The notes below the pieces were generated by a model that was not told the DNA's origin, ran no database searches, and saw only the letters and a program-made list of their open reading frames with translations. A stretch of 24,000 nt of DNA. Origin: Bacillus benzoevorans. GTDB lineage: Bacteria > Bacillota > Bacilli > Bacillales > Cytobacillaceae. This document shows, piece by piece, positions 15,062-22,649 of this stretch (position 1 is the stretch's first letter; each line of letters starts with the position of its first letter). Location of the stretch: positions 232,635-256,634 of the forward strand of contig NZ_JACHGK010000003.1 in assembly GCF_014207535.1 (NCBI RefSeq), given 5' to 3'. A program made the translations under genes and the position numbers.

Positions 15062-15471
15062 GAGTTTATCTAAACTTTGAAAAGGAGTCAAGAGAAGTGA
15101 TTGCATTTTATGAGCAAGTGTTTAATGCCAAATGTACGGATTTATTTACATTTGCAGATTTACCGCCAAACCCGGAATTTCCTGTAGCAAACGAGATAAA
15201 AGACTTAATCATGAATGCTAGTTTAATGATCGAAAATAATAAAGTCATGTTCTCTGATGTTCCTCCAAATATGGGACTAACCTTAAATATGGGAAACAAT
15301 ATCACGCTTGTCATTGATACACAAGATGAAGCAAAATTAACACAGCAATTCAATGATTTAGCTAAAGAAGGGAAAGTCATCATGCCATTAGATAAAACAT
15401 TCTGGTCTGAAAAATATGGATACGTTATTGATAAGTACGGAATTGGCTGGCAATTTAATTTATCTAAATAG
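15052..15471 (+). CDS. VOC (glyoxalase/bleomycin-resistance fold) family protein, PhnB-like
   Basis: 139 aa, beginning MALGVYLNFEKESREVIAFYEQVFNAK and ending MPLDKTFWSEKYGYVIDKYGIGWQFN. These are typical of the PhnB/3-demethylubiquinone methyltransferase-like VOC subfamily. Confidence 0.8.
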   Translation: MALGVYLNFEKESREVIAFYEQVFNAKCTDLFTFADLPPNPEFPVANEIKDLIMNASLMIENNKVMFSDVPPNMGLTLNMGNNITLVIDTQDEAKLTQQFNDLAKEGKVIMPLDKTFWSEKYGYVIDKYGIGWQFNLSK

Positions 15472-15559
15472 GATGTTGTAAAACGATTAACAGGCAAAAT
15501 CGTACATTTTAAAATGATCATGTTCAAGCTCTTAAATGATTAAAAATCCCAAAAAAATA

Positions 15560-15612
15560 AAGAAGATCACAAATTATAGATGGCTAATACTGTGTGATCT
15601 TCTTTTATTACT
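15560..15612. terminator. Bidirectional terminator hairpin
   Basis: A 12-bp stem, AAGAAGATCACA (15560-15571) with TGTGATCTTCTT (15593-15604). An A-run lies upstream and TTATTACTATTT downstream. It sits between convergent VOC genes. Confidence 0.6.
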
Positions 15613-15898
15613 ATTTCGACATAAAGCTACTTCTGCGCTGAATAAGGTTGCCGCATGTATCGTCGAATACAGCTATTATGACTTCTCCCATTTCTGTCGG
15701 CTCCATAGTAAACTTCACACCTTTTTTCATCAAGCGATTATACTCTTTGTGAATATCGGCAACGCCAAACATTGTTGTTGGAATGCCGTCGGCAAATATT
15801 TTCTTTTGATATTCTTTGGCAGCAGGATGTACATTCGGTTCGAGCAGAAGCTCAGTACCGTCTTGTTCATCTGGGGAAACAAGCGTTATCCACCTAAC
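15611..15898 (-). pseudogene. 5'-truncated glyoxalase/VOC family gene remnant
   Basis: The open frame reads RWITLVSPDEQDGTELLLEPNVHPAAKEYQKKIFADGIPTTMFGVADIHKEYNRLMKKGVKFTMEPTEMGEVIIAVFDDTCGNLIQ... This is the C-terminal two-thirds of a VOC protein. An in-frame TAA lies directly upstream, and the first beta-alpha-beta module (about 40 aa) is missing. Confidence 0.6.
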
Positions 15899-15932
15899 TT
15901 AGTACGAATGATTGGAAAATAAGTTCCCACCC

Positions 15933-16022
15933 GTTCTCCTTCAATATTATTAAAAAGAGAGAATTCGTCCTGGACCTTTCAATTGGTAAAAATCAGGTAA
16001 ATTTAAGTACCGTCCCCCTGAT
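15933..16022 (-). repeat. Intergenic repeat copy A (terminator-like hairpin plus ATTGAAGGAGAAC box, with a 38-nt internal insertion)
   Basis: It shares GTTCTCCTTCAAT ... GGTAAAAAyCAGGnAAA ... ACCGyCCCCCTG with copy B at 17523-17573. The insertion is bounded by CCTTCAAT / CCTTTCAAT. Confidence 0.5.
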
Positions 16023-16714
16023 TCACTTTTCAATTTCAAAGGTTACCTCTCCAACCCCGATTTCAGTGTTCACGTTCAAAATAACGTCCGCATCATCAAA
16101 GACCTCATTTACATAAACTCCATTCCCCCTCGAAATAAAGCCGGTTACGTTAGTCTCTGCAAGCCCTTTACTCGATATGATTTTCACACCCACCTTTGAA
16201 GGTAAAATGACAGTGGTTGAGCCAACGCCCGTCTCTATATTGGTTTCAAAACTTTTTTTCCAATCACCGCCTAAATTAACGTTCAAATCCCCGACACCTG
16301 TCTCAATATCTAATCTTTCAAGTTTCAAACCCTGTAGATCAAGATTTGTATCAGAAGCACCTGAGTTTACTTCAAGATCTAACGGTATATCTTCAGAAAG
16401 CTTAGATCCCATTCATTTTTAAAATGACCAATATTCACAGCTGTAGAATCCTTTTGTTCAATGATAATTTTGCCTTTATTCCCCTGATCCTTATAAGTAA
16501 CCTTTGGTTTTAAGTCTTTTCCCTTATAGATAATACGTCCATCTAACCATTCTTTTGCACCATTAGAAACTGCTAATTCACCTGCACCTAAATTTAGTTC
16601 AATATTTAATTCTTTAACGTTATCTTTTTTTACAGAAATAATCTCTTCTTTTTCTTTACCCGGAACAACAGGATTACAACCCGCTGTTGCCAATAATACC
16701 GATCCTAATATCAA
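16023..16714 (-). pseudogene. Toast-rack (DUF2154/DUF4097-like) lipoprotein gene split by a frameshift
   Basis: Two overlapping ORFs in different frames (16379..16714 and 16023..16412). The N-terminal part has lipobox LATAGC. The reading ...HFKNEWDL / KLSEDIPLDLEVNSGASD... becomes continuous if one base is restored near 16398-16406. The C-terminal part has repeated beta-strand units (ETGVGDLNVNL, ETGVGSTTVIL, EIGVGEVTFEI). Confidence 0.65.
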
Positions 16715-16727
16715 ACCATTCTAAAAC

Positions 16728-17438
16728 TCAATCCTTATTTGGGCCATACACACGCTTATCGATGGATGACTTCTCTCCAGCCAGTCGTTTTAATAAAGTT
16801 TGCTTCCAGTTTTCAGCGAGAAACGCACATGTGTAGAGATCTTTTGCAAGTTTTAAATCATCTGTTTTTACATGCATGACCTCATTACATTTAGCGATCG
16901 TCCATTGTGGATAGGGACGTTCCAGCAATGTCATCTCCCTTTCACCTTGTACAAAACCTTCCTTTAGAACTCGAAAATACCACCCTGTTCTTCCCGACCG
17001 CTGGATATGTAAAGCAAAGTCCAACATTTTAAAACGCCGCGCGGGTTTCCAACATGGTTGCCGTGGTTGTGATACTTGGATTACAGCATCACAGAATTGG
17101 TAGGTATCCCCTATGCAAACAGAGTGCTCATCCATCGAATGGACCGCTATGTTCTCTCCCATTGCACCCATCCTCATTTCTTGTAAATCCAATTCTTCCT
17201 TCCAAAAGTCATAATGGATCGTGGGATAGGCAAAGATTGCTTTCTCAGGCCCACCATGGTTCTTTGTATCCGCCACTTCATCACCGGTTAAACCTGTTTT
17301 ACTAAGCCATATTCTTTCATAAACACTATTTTTAAATATGCCGCTCTCCCATGGTTGCTCCATCCAATTGGAAGCATCAGGATCTCCCATTTTCTTCACT
17401 TTACCTACAAATAGTTTTTGTACATTAGATGCGCGCAT
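16728..17438 (-). CDS. MOSC domain-containing protein (YiiM-like)
   Basis: 236 aa containing GENIAV...GD...VSQPRQPCWK with the conserved MOSC cysteine, plus the YiiM-type helical C-terminal extension. The RBS is GGAGGG. Confidence 0.8.
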   Translation of the reverse strand: MRASNVQKLFVGKVKKMGDPDASNWMEQPWESGIFKNSVYERIWLSKTGLTGDEVADTKNHGGPEKAIFAYPTIHYDFWKEELDLQEMRMGAMGENIAVHSMDEHSVCIGDTYQFCDAVIQVSQPRQPCWKPARRFKMLDFALHIQRSGRTGWYFRVLKEGFVQGEREMTLLERPYPQWTIAKCNEVMHVKTDDLKLAKDLYTCAFLAENWKQTLLKRLAGEKSSIDKRVYGPNKD

Positions 17439-17522
17439 CTTGATCCCTCCATACTAATCAACACCGCTGATAGTATTTTAATTGCTTCTTCCTTCTATTT
17501 TTCTTGAACAGCTAATATACTG

Positions 17523-17573
17523 GTTCTCCTTCAATGGTAAAAACCAGGGAAACGAAAACCGCCCCCCTGTTTA
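17523..17573 (-). repeat. Intergenic repeat copy B
   Basis: See copy A. It starts directly after the DUF4256 stop. On the minus strand it reads CAGGGGGGCGGTTTTCGTTTCCCTGGTTTTTACCATTGAAGGAGAAC. Confidence 0.5.
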
Positions 17574-18158
17574 TTACACCCTTAACGATCCGCGGAAACC
17601 TCTGGCAGCATAGTAGGATTCTGCCCCATTGTGGTACACGAAGACGTGCCCGTAGCGATAATCGCAGAAAAGGGCACCACCGACGTCTCTAATATCTGAG
17701 GGTGTTTGCACCCAACTCGACGTTTTCATATCGAAATTTTCAAGCTTTTGCAACGTTCGATATTGTTCTTCTGTTAATAGTTCAATACCCATGGCAGCTG
17801 CCATATCAACAGCATTATTTTCTGGTTTATTTTTTTTCCTCGATTCCAGTGCTTCACGGTCGTAACAAACACTTCTGCGACCTTTAGGGCTTTCCGTCGA
17901 ACAATCATAAAAAATGTATTCGTCCCCACCTTTATCATATCCAACCACATCCGGTTCGCCACCAGTACTCTCCATTTCATTGAGTGACCACAGTTTTTCA
18001 ATATTTTCTTCCAGCTTTGTCTGAACTTTAACCCATTCAAGACCTTTATGGCGGTTCATATTTTTCTCGAAGCGGGCTTTCAATAATCCGAGTAATTCCT
18101 CACGTTGTTCTAATGACAACTCTTTTATATTGTTGATATTTGCCATGTTCGTTTCCAC
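17574..18158 (-). CDS. DUF4256 domain-containing protein
   Basis: 194 aa with the family-typical KARFEKNMNRHKGLEW...WSLNEMESTGGEPDVVGYD...FYDCSTESPKGRRSVCYDREALESRKK...GIELLTEEQYR...SSWVQTP...GGALFCDYRYGHVFVYHNGAESYYAARGFRGSLRV. Confidence 0.75.
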   Translation of the reverse strand: METNMANINNIKELSLEQREELLGLLKARFEKNMNRHKGLEWVKVQTKLEENIEKLWSLNEMESTGGEPDVVGYDKGGDEYIFYDCSTESPKGRRSVCYDREALESRKKNKPENNAVDMAAAMGIELLTEEQYRTLQKLENFDMKTSSWVQTPSDIRDVGGALFCDYRYGHVFVYHNGAESYYAARGFRGSLRV

Positions 18159-18377
18159 CTTTATTATTTATACTTGTTATGGTTTTAGTATATATGAATG
18201 TTGGTTTTATATTAACAGTTAGAAATTAGAGAAGATCAAGAGATATTACGTATGGTGTGCCCATCCTGATTCCTCCATCATGTTTTACCATCCTCTTTAC
18301 CTTAGCTTCTTTCGTCGTGAAAAATTAAACAGGCATTTGAAAGGGAAAATTCAATTCAACTGTTAAAATTATGAAAG

Positions 18378-18881
18378 TTAAGAAACCCTTTTCCCAAGGA
18401 TAACCAAATCTCGTTTGATTCCATCTAATTTAGCGACTTCGGGTAAATGAGCCCACTTCTCAAAACCAAAACTTGAAAATAGTCTTAAACTAGGCTCATT
18501 GTGTCCAAAGATGAATCCAAGTAAGGTATCAATTTCAAACTTAGGACATTCCTCGATAACCTTGTTTATTATTTTTCTCCCAAGTCCTTTACCTCTAAAA
18601 TCATTATGAAGATAAATACTTATCTCGGCAGTTGCATTATAGGCTGGTCTTCCGTAGAAAGATTGCAGACTTACCCAGCCACATATTTCACCTTCATGCT
18701 CTACAACCCACAAAGGTCTTTTGTAAGGGTTATGTTCATGAAACCAATCCAATCTATCGTTTATAGATACAGGTTCAAGATCAGCGGTTACCATTCTGCT
18801 AGGAACTGTCGAATTATAAATTTCCACTATAATGGGTAAATCTTCAATACTCGCATCTTTAAACGTAATATTTTCTAACAT
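18378..18881 (-). CDS. GNAT N-acetyltransferase, phosphinothricin / methionine-sulfoximine acetyltransferase-like (PAT/YwnH/MnaT family)
   Basis: 167 aa with the PAT-family N-terminus (LPIIVEIYNSTVPSRMVTADLEPVSINDRLDWF), the acetyl-CoA motif RGKGLGRK and the tail GFEKWAHLPEVAKLDG. Confidence 0.8.
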   Translation of the reverse strand: MLENITFKDASIEDLPIIVEIYNSTVPSRMVTADLEPVSINDRLDWFHEHNPYKRPLWVVEHEGEICGWVSLQSFYGRPAYNATAEISIYLHNDFRGKGLGRKIINKVIEECPKFEIDTLLGFIFGHNEPSLRLFSSFGFEKWAHLPEVAKLDGIKRDLVILGKRVS

Positions 18882-19001
18882 TAAAAAGCTCCTTTATGAT
18901 AACTTTAGTTAAACAACTACCTACATGTTATATCACTTAAAATTATTATCGCAATATAAATTTAAGATTCTTATATAGCTTAACTGAATATGATTGAGAA
19001 A

Positions 19002-19123
19002 CCATTCAATGATTTAGCAAAGAAGGGAAAGTCGTCATGCCATTAGATAAAACATTTTGGTCAGAAAAATATGGATACGTTATTGATAAGTGCATTGGCT
19101 GGCAATTTAATTTATCAAAATAA
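19002..19123 (+). pseudogene. Remnant of a second PhnB-like VOC gene (3' end only)
   Basis: About 120 nt, by-eye roughly 90 percent identical to 15346-15471 (FNDLAKEGKV.MPLDKTFWSEKYGYVIDK..GWQFNLSK). It carries a 1-nt deletion (gctaaag to gcaaag) and a 3-nt deletion. Similarity continues about 20 nt past the stop. Confidence 0.7.
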
Positions 19124-19161
19124 GCATGCAGCAAACCGTTTAATTTTTTTCAAAATATTAC

Positions 19162-19190
19162 TTGAATTTTAGCTAACTGAATGATATTAT
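19162..19190 (+). promoter_or_regulatory. Sigma-A promoter of the S-box leader
   Basis: TTGAAT (19162-19167), 17 nt, TATTAT (19185-19190). Confidence 0.5.
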
Positions 19191-19226
19191 CAGTAACAAT
19201 ACTTAATTAAAATTAAATAGCGATAA

Positions 19227-19392
19227 CTTCTTATCCAGAGTGGTAGAGGGACAGGCCCTGTGAAACCCGGCAACCATCGAGCAATAGAATGCTTGAACGG
19301 TGCTAATTCCTGCAAAGGTGTTAACCTTTGAAAGATGAGAGGAAAGTATATCTTATACGAACCTCTCTTTATTATCAAAGAGAGGTTTTTTA
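19227..19392 (+). promoter_or_regulatory. SAM-I (S-box) riboswitch with intrinsic terminator
   Basis: The core reads CTTATCCAGAGTGGTAGAGGGACAGGCCCTGTGAAACCCGGCAACC...GGTGCTAATTCCTGCAAAGG...GAAAGATGAGAGG, matching the S-box consensus. P1 pairs 19227-19235 with 19334-19342. The terminator is AACCTCTCTTT/AAAGAGAGGTT (19360-19387) plus T6. An antiterminator can form between GAGAGG (19337-19342) and CCTCTC (19362-19367). Confidence 0.9.
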
Positions 19393-19429
19393 ATGGAAAG
19401 AGGCTATCGCTCAGAAGGAGCGGAATCAA

Positions 19430-19807
19430 ATGGAAAGAGCAGTATTTGGAGCAAGCGGATTTTTTAGTCAAAAGGCGTTTATTACCGGTTATCGCGGCAT
19501 TGAACATGTTCGATTAGGTCACCAAAAAGGAACAAATCTAGATATAGTAGAAATATGGTTTAATCCCTGGAAAGTATCTTATCGTGAATTATTAGATTTG
19601 TTTTTTGACTTACATGATCCCACTTCTATCGAAGGTCAGCCATTTAACAATCAATCTTTCATTTTCTTTTCAGATAAACATCAATATGCATTAGCTAAGC
19701 AAAAGAAAAACGAGCTAAAACACATTTATAAAGATAAAATTATTACAAAAATTACTCCGGCAAATGAATCGATTCAAGGGTTGAAAGAGATAAAATTAAT
19801 TTCTTAA
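19430..19807 (+). CDS. MsrA-like protein, degenerate (no cysteine; catalytic GCFWC replaced by SGFFS)
   Basis: 125 aa that aligns by eye to the MsrA core: AVFGASGFFSQKAF / ATFAGGCFWCMVKPF, GIEHVRLGHQKG / GIEKVVSGYTGG, EIWFNPWKVSYRELLDLFFDLHDPT / QITFHPDVFPYEKLLELFWQQIDPT. It lacks the NPTYEEVCSGxTGHAE segment, the QYRS motif and the C-terminal third. GAAGGAG RBS 9 nt upstream. Confidence 0.7.
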   Translation: MERAVFGASGFFSQKAFITGYRGIEHVRLGHQKGTNLDIVEIWFNPWKVSYRELLDLFFDLHDPTSIEGQPFNNQSFIFFSDKHQYALAKQKKNELKHIYKDKIITKITPANESIQGLKEIKLIS

Positions 19808-19809
19808 AC

Positions 19810-19846
19810 AAAAAAATGGCGTGCTAACTGTTTCCAGTTACACGCC
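19810..19846 (-). terminator. Rho-independent terminator after tag (its hairpin also closes the convergent msrA-like gene)
   Basis: A 12-bp stem with one bulge, GGCGTGCTAACTG (19818-19830) with CAGTTACACGCC (19835-19846), and a TTTC loop. The A7 upstream gives a U-tail on the minus strand. Confidence 0.7.
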
Positions 19847-19863
19847 GTCTAAAACCATTTGGT

Positions 19864-20430
19864 TTAATTTACATTGGAGGGATGACAAAAACAATCCAAA
19901 GTGTGGTCATTAACCATTCCCACCGCTTGCATATAGGAATAGCAAATGGTACTACCCACAAATTTAAACCCGTCTTTTTTTAATCTCTTACTCATCGCAT
20001 CGCTAATTTCACTCGTTGCTGGTACCTCATTACCTGTTTCCCAATGGTTAATGATCGGTTCGTGTTCGACAAAGCTCCAAATGTAATGTGAAAATGAACC
20101 ATACTCTTTTTGAATTCTTAAAAACACTCGAGCATTCGTTAGGACACTTTGTATTTTTAATTTATTGCGCACGATGCTAGGATCTTCTTTTAATAATTGC
20201 CATTTTTCTTCCGGATATTGGATCACCTTTTCTGCTTCAAAATGATCAAATGCCATGCGGTAGTTTTCCCTTTTTTGTAAAATGGTCCACCAGCTGAGTC
20301 CTGCCTGCGCTCCTTCAAGACAGAGCATTTCAAATAATTTTCTATCATCGTAAACAGGTACTCCCCATTCTTTATCATGATACTCAATATATAGAGGCTC
20401 CTTTGTAACCCAATGGCATCTTTTTATCAT
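19864..20430 (-). CDS. tag: DNA-3-methyladenine glycosylase I
   Basis: 188 aa reading RCHWVTKEPLYIEYHDKEWGVP...LEGAQAGLSW.TIL.KR..YR.AF..F...V...... This includes the Tag-specific zinc-snap residues (C5/H18 N-terminal, H/C at the C-terminal DHTLDCFCH). Confidence 0.9.
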   Translation of the reverse strand: MIKRCHWVTKEPLYIEYHDKEWGVPVYDDRKLFEMLCLEGAQAGLSWWTILQKRENYRMAFDHFEAEKVIQYPEEKWQLLKEDPSIVRNKLKIQSVLTNARVFLRIQKEYGSFSHYIWSFVEHEPIINHWETGNEVPATSEISDAMSKRLKKDGFKFVGSTICYSYMQAVGMVNDHTLDCFCHPSNVN

Positions 20431-20558
20431 TTGAAATACCCTCTTCCTTATTTTCTCTTTCCCATTTGGTTTCTGGTTCCTTTCTATAATGATAACCTAT
20501 TTTCCTTCAATCCCCTTCAATATAAATTGCTTCATCTCTAGGTGATAACAATAATGCG

Positions 20559-20592
20559 AAAAGGTCAAATCCTATGATTCGACCTTTTCTTC
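20559..20592. terminator. Terminator hairpin after the GH3 gene
   Basis: AAAAGGTC (20559-20566) pairs with GACCTTTT (20581-20588), 24 nt after the GH3 stop. The T-run is partly within the stem. Confidence 0.5.
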
Positions 20593-20615
20593 ACATTTCC
20601 TAACTTATTATTTTA

Positions 20616-22391
20616 TTAAATATGTGTATCAACAAATCCGCAATAAGCATCAACCGGGCTGACGCCTTTAAATTCAGATTTACCCATTAATTTTTCAACC
20701 AGCACTTCAAGATTTGCCTTACGGCTGTCATAGGCATTAATGTACGTTTTCACCTGTGGTACATCAGCTAAATGGTATGGATATTGCACAGAAATAAAGA
20801 TCGTCGGCACTTCATGGATATAGAATGGAATATCCGGTGTTCCTTTACTTGCTGGCCATACGATTCTTTGTACCGTTCCTGGGTTTACGCTGGCAAGGTT
20901 AATGATGAGATCATAATTGTCTGTCAGCTCACTAATTGGTCTCTTTTGCGCATAGACATTGGCAATTGCCGCTGCTCTTTCATCTTCCGGCAGCTTCATG
21001 ATTTTCTCTTCAGTTGATTCCCAAATGCTCACTTGGAATCCTTGTGCTTCGAGCAATTCTTTCATAATATCAACAGCTTTTTCTTTACTGCCAATCAATG
21101 CACCGAATCCTCCTTGTACACCTTTCACGTCAACTAATAATACGCGTTTGTATTTTTCCGGAGTAATCGGCCAGATATCTTGCTTGTCTTTCACCAGCGT
21201 GATCGCCTGGTCAGCAACTTGTTTGAACAATGCTTTGTTTTCCGGCAGGCCGATTTTTGCCATCGCTTCTTCTTTTGGCGGTAAAATTTCCGTCTTCGCC
21301 TTATGATGAAGACCTAATTTCGCTTTCAACCCTAAAATGCGCTCTAGCGCTTCTTGCAGACGCTCTTCTGTAATGATTCCTTCTTTATATCCATCCATCA
21401 TGTAACCGAAGTCTTCATCTGGGTCATTAAAGAATAAGAATAGGTCGCAGCCCGCTGCAATCGCTGTCGGAATCAGCTTGCTTCTCTTCATAGCACCAGT
21501 AAGACCTAACATATGGCTGGCATCGGTTACAACAACGCCATTAAAGCCTAATTTACCGCGTAATAAATCGGTTGTAATTTCTTTTGAAAGGGTTGCAGGC
21601 AGCAACTCCTCATCTTTCACTCCCGGATTGAAGTGTCTTTGGTATGCAGGCAAGTGAATATGCCCTGCCATGATAGACGGAAGACCGGCATCAATTAAGC
21701 CTTGATAGACTTTACCGTAGGTAGCATCCCATTCTTCCGTAGACAAGCTGTTTACTGAGAAAGATAAATGCTGATCGCGTTCATCGATTCCATCACCAGG
21801 CCAATGTTTCGCCGCCGGGGCAATCCCGCTTTCTTGAATCCCTTTCATGTAAGCAAGACTTAATTTTAAGACTAAATCCGGATCAGAACCAAAAGAACGG
21901 CTTGAAATAATCGGGTTGCGCCAGTTATAGTTAATATCAACAATCGGAGCAAAACTCCAGTTACAGCCAATTGCTGAAGCTTCTACGCCGGAAACACGCC
22001 CCATTTCATAGGCCCATTTTTCATCATGTGCGGCACCGATCTTTACTTCTAAACCCACTTCTGTTCCATCTATGCATGCCCCATTCCCGCCGGCTTCCGT
22101 ATTCGCGGCAATTAATAATGGGATTTTACTGTTTTCTTGGAGGATTTTATTTTGCTCATAGACTTCCTCCGCTTTGCCGGGGTTATAACGTACAGCCCCG
22201 ATATGGTAGTTATTTAACATCTCGGTTAAATATTCTTTTGTACGGCTCGAACCCATATTGACAAATAACTGACCAATTTTTTCTTCCATTGTCATGGATT
22301 GAATGGTGTCTTCTACCCATTGGATATCAGCATCAGTTAAATTGTAGGGCATTGCTTTTAAGTTAACTCTAGTCATTGTGGCCTGTGTCAT
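20616..22391 (-). CDS. Glycoside hydrolase family 3 protein (beta-N-acetylhexosaminidase/beta-glucosidase-like), no signal peptide
   Basis: GH3 N-terminal domain motifs (EEKIGQLF, SFAPIVDIN, AKHWPGDG, VVVTDA) plus a C-terminal alpha/beta sandwich region. The start is set at MTQATM (22391), after GAAGGGGAG. The track start at 22472 adds 27 residues without an RBS. Confidence 0.8.
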   Translation of the reverse strand: MTQATMTRVNLKAMPYNLTDADIQWVEDTIQSMTMEEKIGQLFVNMGSSRTKEYLTEMLNNYHIGAVRYNPGKAEEVYEQNKILQENSKIPLLIAANTEAGGNGACIDGTEVGLEVKIGAAHDEKWAYEMGRVSGVEASAIGCNWSFAPIVDINYNWRNPIISSRSFGSDPDLVLKLSLAYMKGIQESGIAPAAKHWPGDGIDERDQHLSFSVNSLSTEEWDATYGKVYQGLIDAGLPSIMAGHIHLPAYQRHFNPGVKDEELLPATLSKEITTDLLRGKLGFNGVVVTDASHMLGLTGAMKRSKLIPTAIAAGCDLFLFFNDPDEDFGYMMDGYKEGIITEERLQEALERILGLKAKLGLHHKAKTEILPPKEEAMAKIGLPENKALFKQVADQAITLVKDKQDIWPITPEKYKRVLLVDVKGVQGGFGALIGSKEKAVDIMKELLEAQGFQVSIWESTEEKIMKLPEDERAAAIANVYAQKRPISELTDNYDLIINLASVNPGTVQRIVWPASKGTPDIPFYIHEVPTIFISVQYPYHLADVPQVKTYINAYDSRKANLEVLVEKLMGKSEFKGVSPVDAYCGFVDTHI

Positions 22392-22626
22392 CGTATTATT
22401 TTTCTCCCCTTCTTTGGAATGACATTCTCCATTACTTCGCTTAGATGTCATCAAGAGATTGTATTCCTGCAAGTATTAATCTTCAGCGGAATCTTATCTA
22501 AATGCTCTTTACCGAAAAAGTAAAGCAGACATAGTTAGGAGTACCCGAAAATAAGGTTTTTATCAAAAAACCGCTTGCATACTAGTATTTTAAAATAAAG
22601 AAGTAAAACCTGCCAGTTTTAACTTC

Positions 22627-22649
22627 ATTGTTAACAAATTGTTAACAAT
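22627..22649. promoter_or_regulatory. 23-bp perfect palindrome (tandem TTGTTAACAA), candidate operator upstream of the GH3 gene
   Basis: ATTGTTAACAAATTGTTAACAAT is its own reverse complement around a central base. A further half-site, ATTGTTA, lies at 22665-22671. It sits about 235 nt upstream of the GH3 start. Confidence 0.4.

Noticed and set aside
15108-15527. A 139-aa minus-strand ORF, and a 128-aa plus-strand ORF at 15536..15922
   Set aside because: The first is a mirror-frame ORF antisense to the well-supported VOC gene. The second is antisense to the glyoxalase remnant and runs through the bidirectional terminator.
19190-19517. A 105-aa minus-strand ORF and a 60-aa plus-strand ORF over the S-box region
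   Set aside because: Both overlap a riboswitch whose conserved core and terminator are unambiguous. Neither has an RBS.
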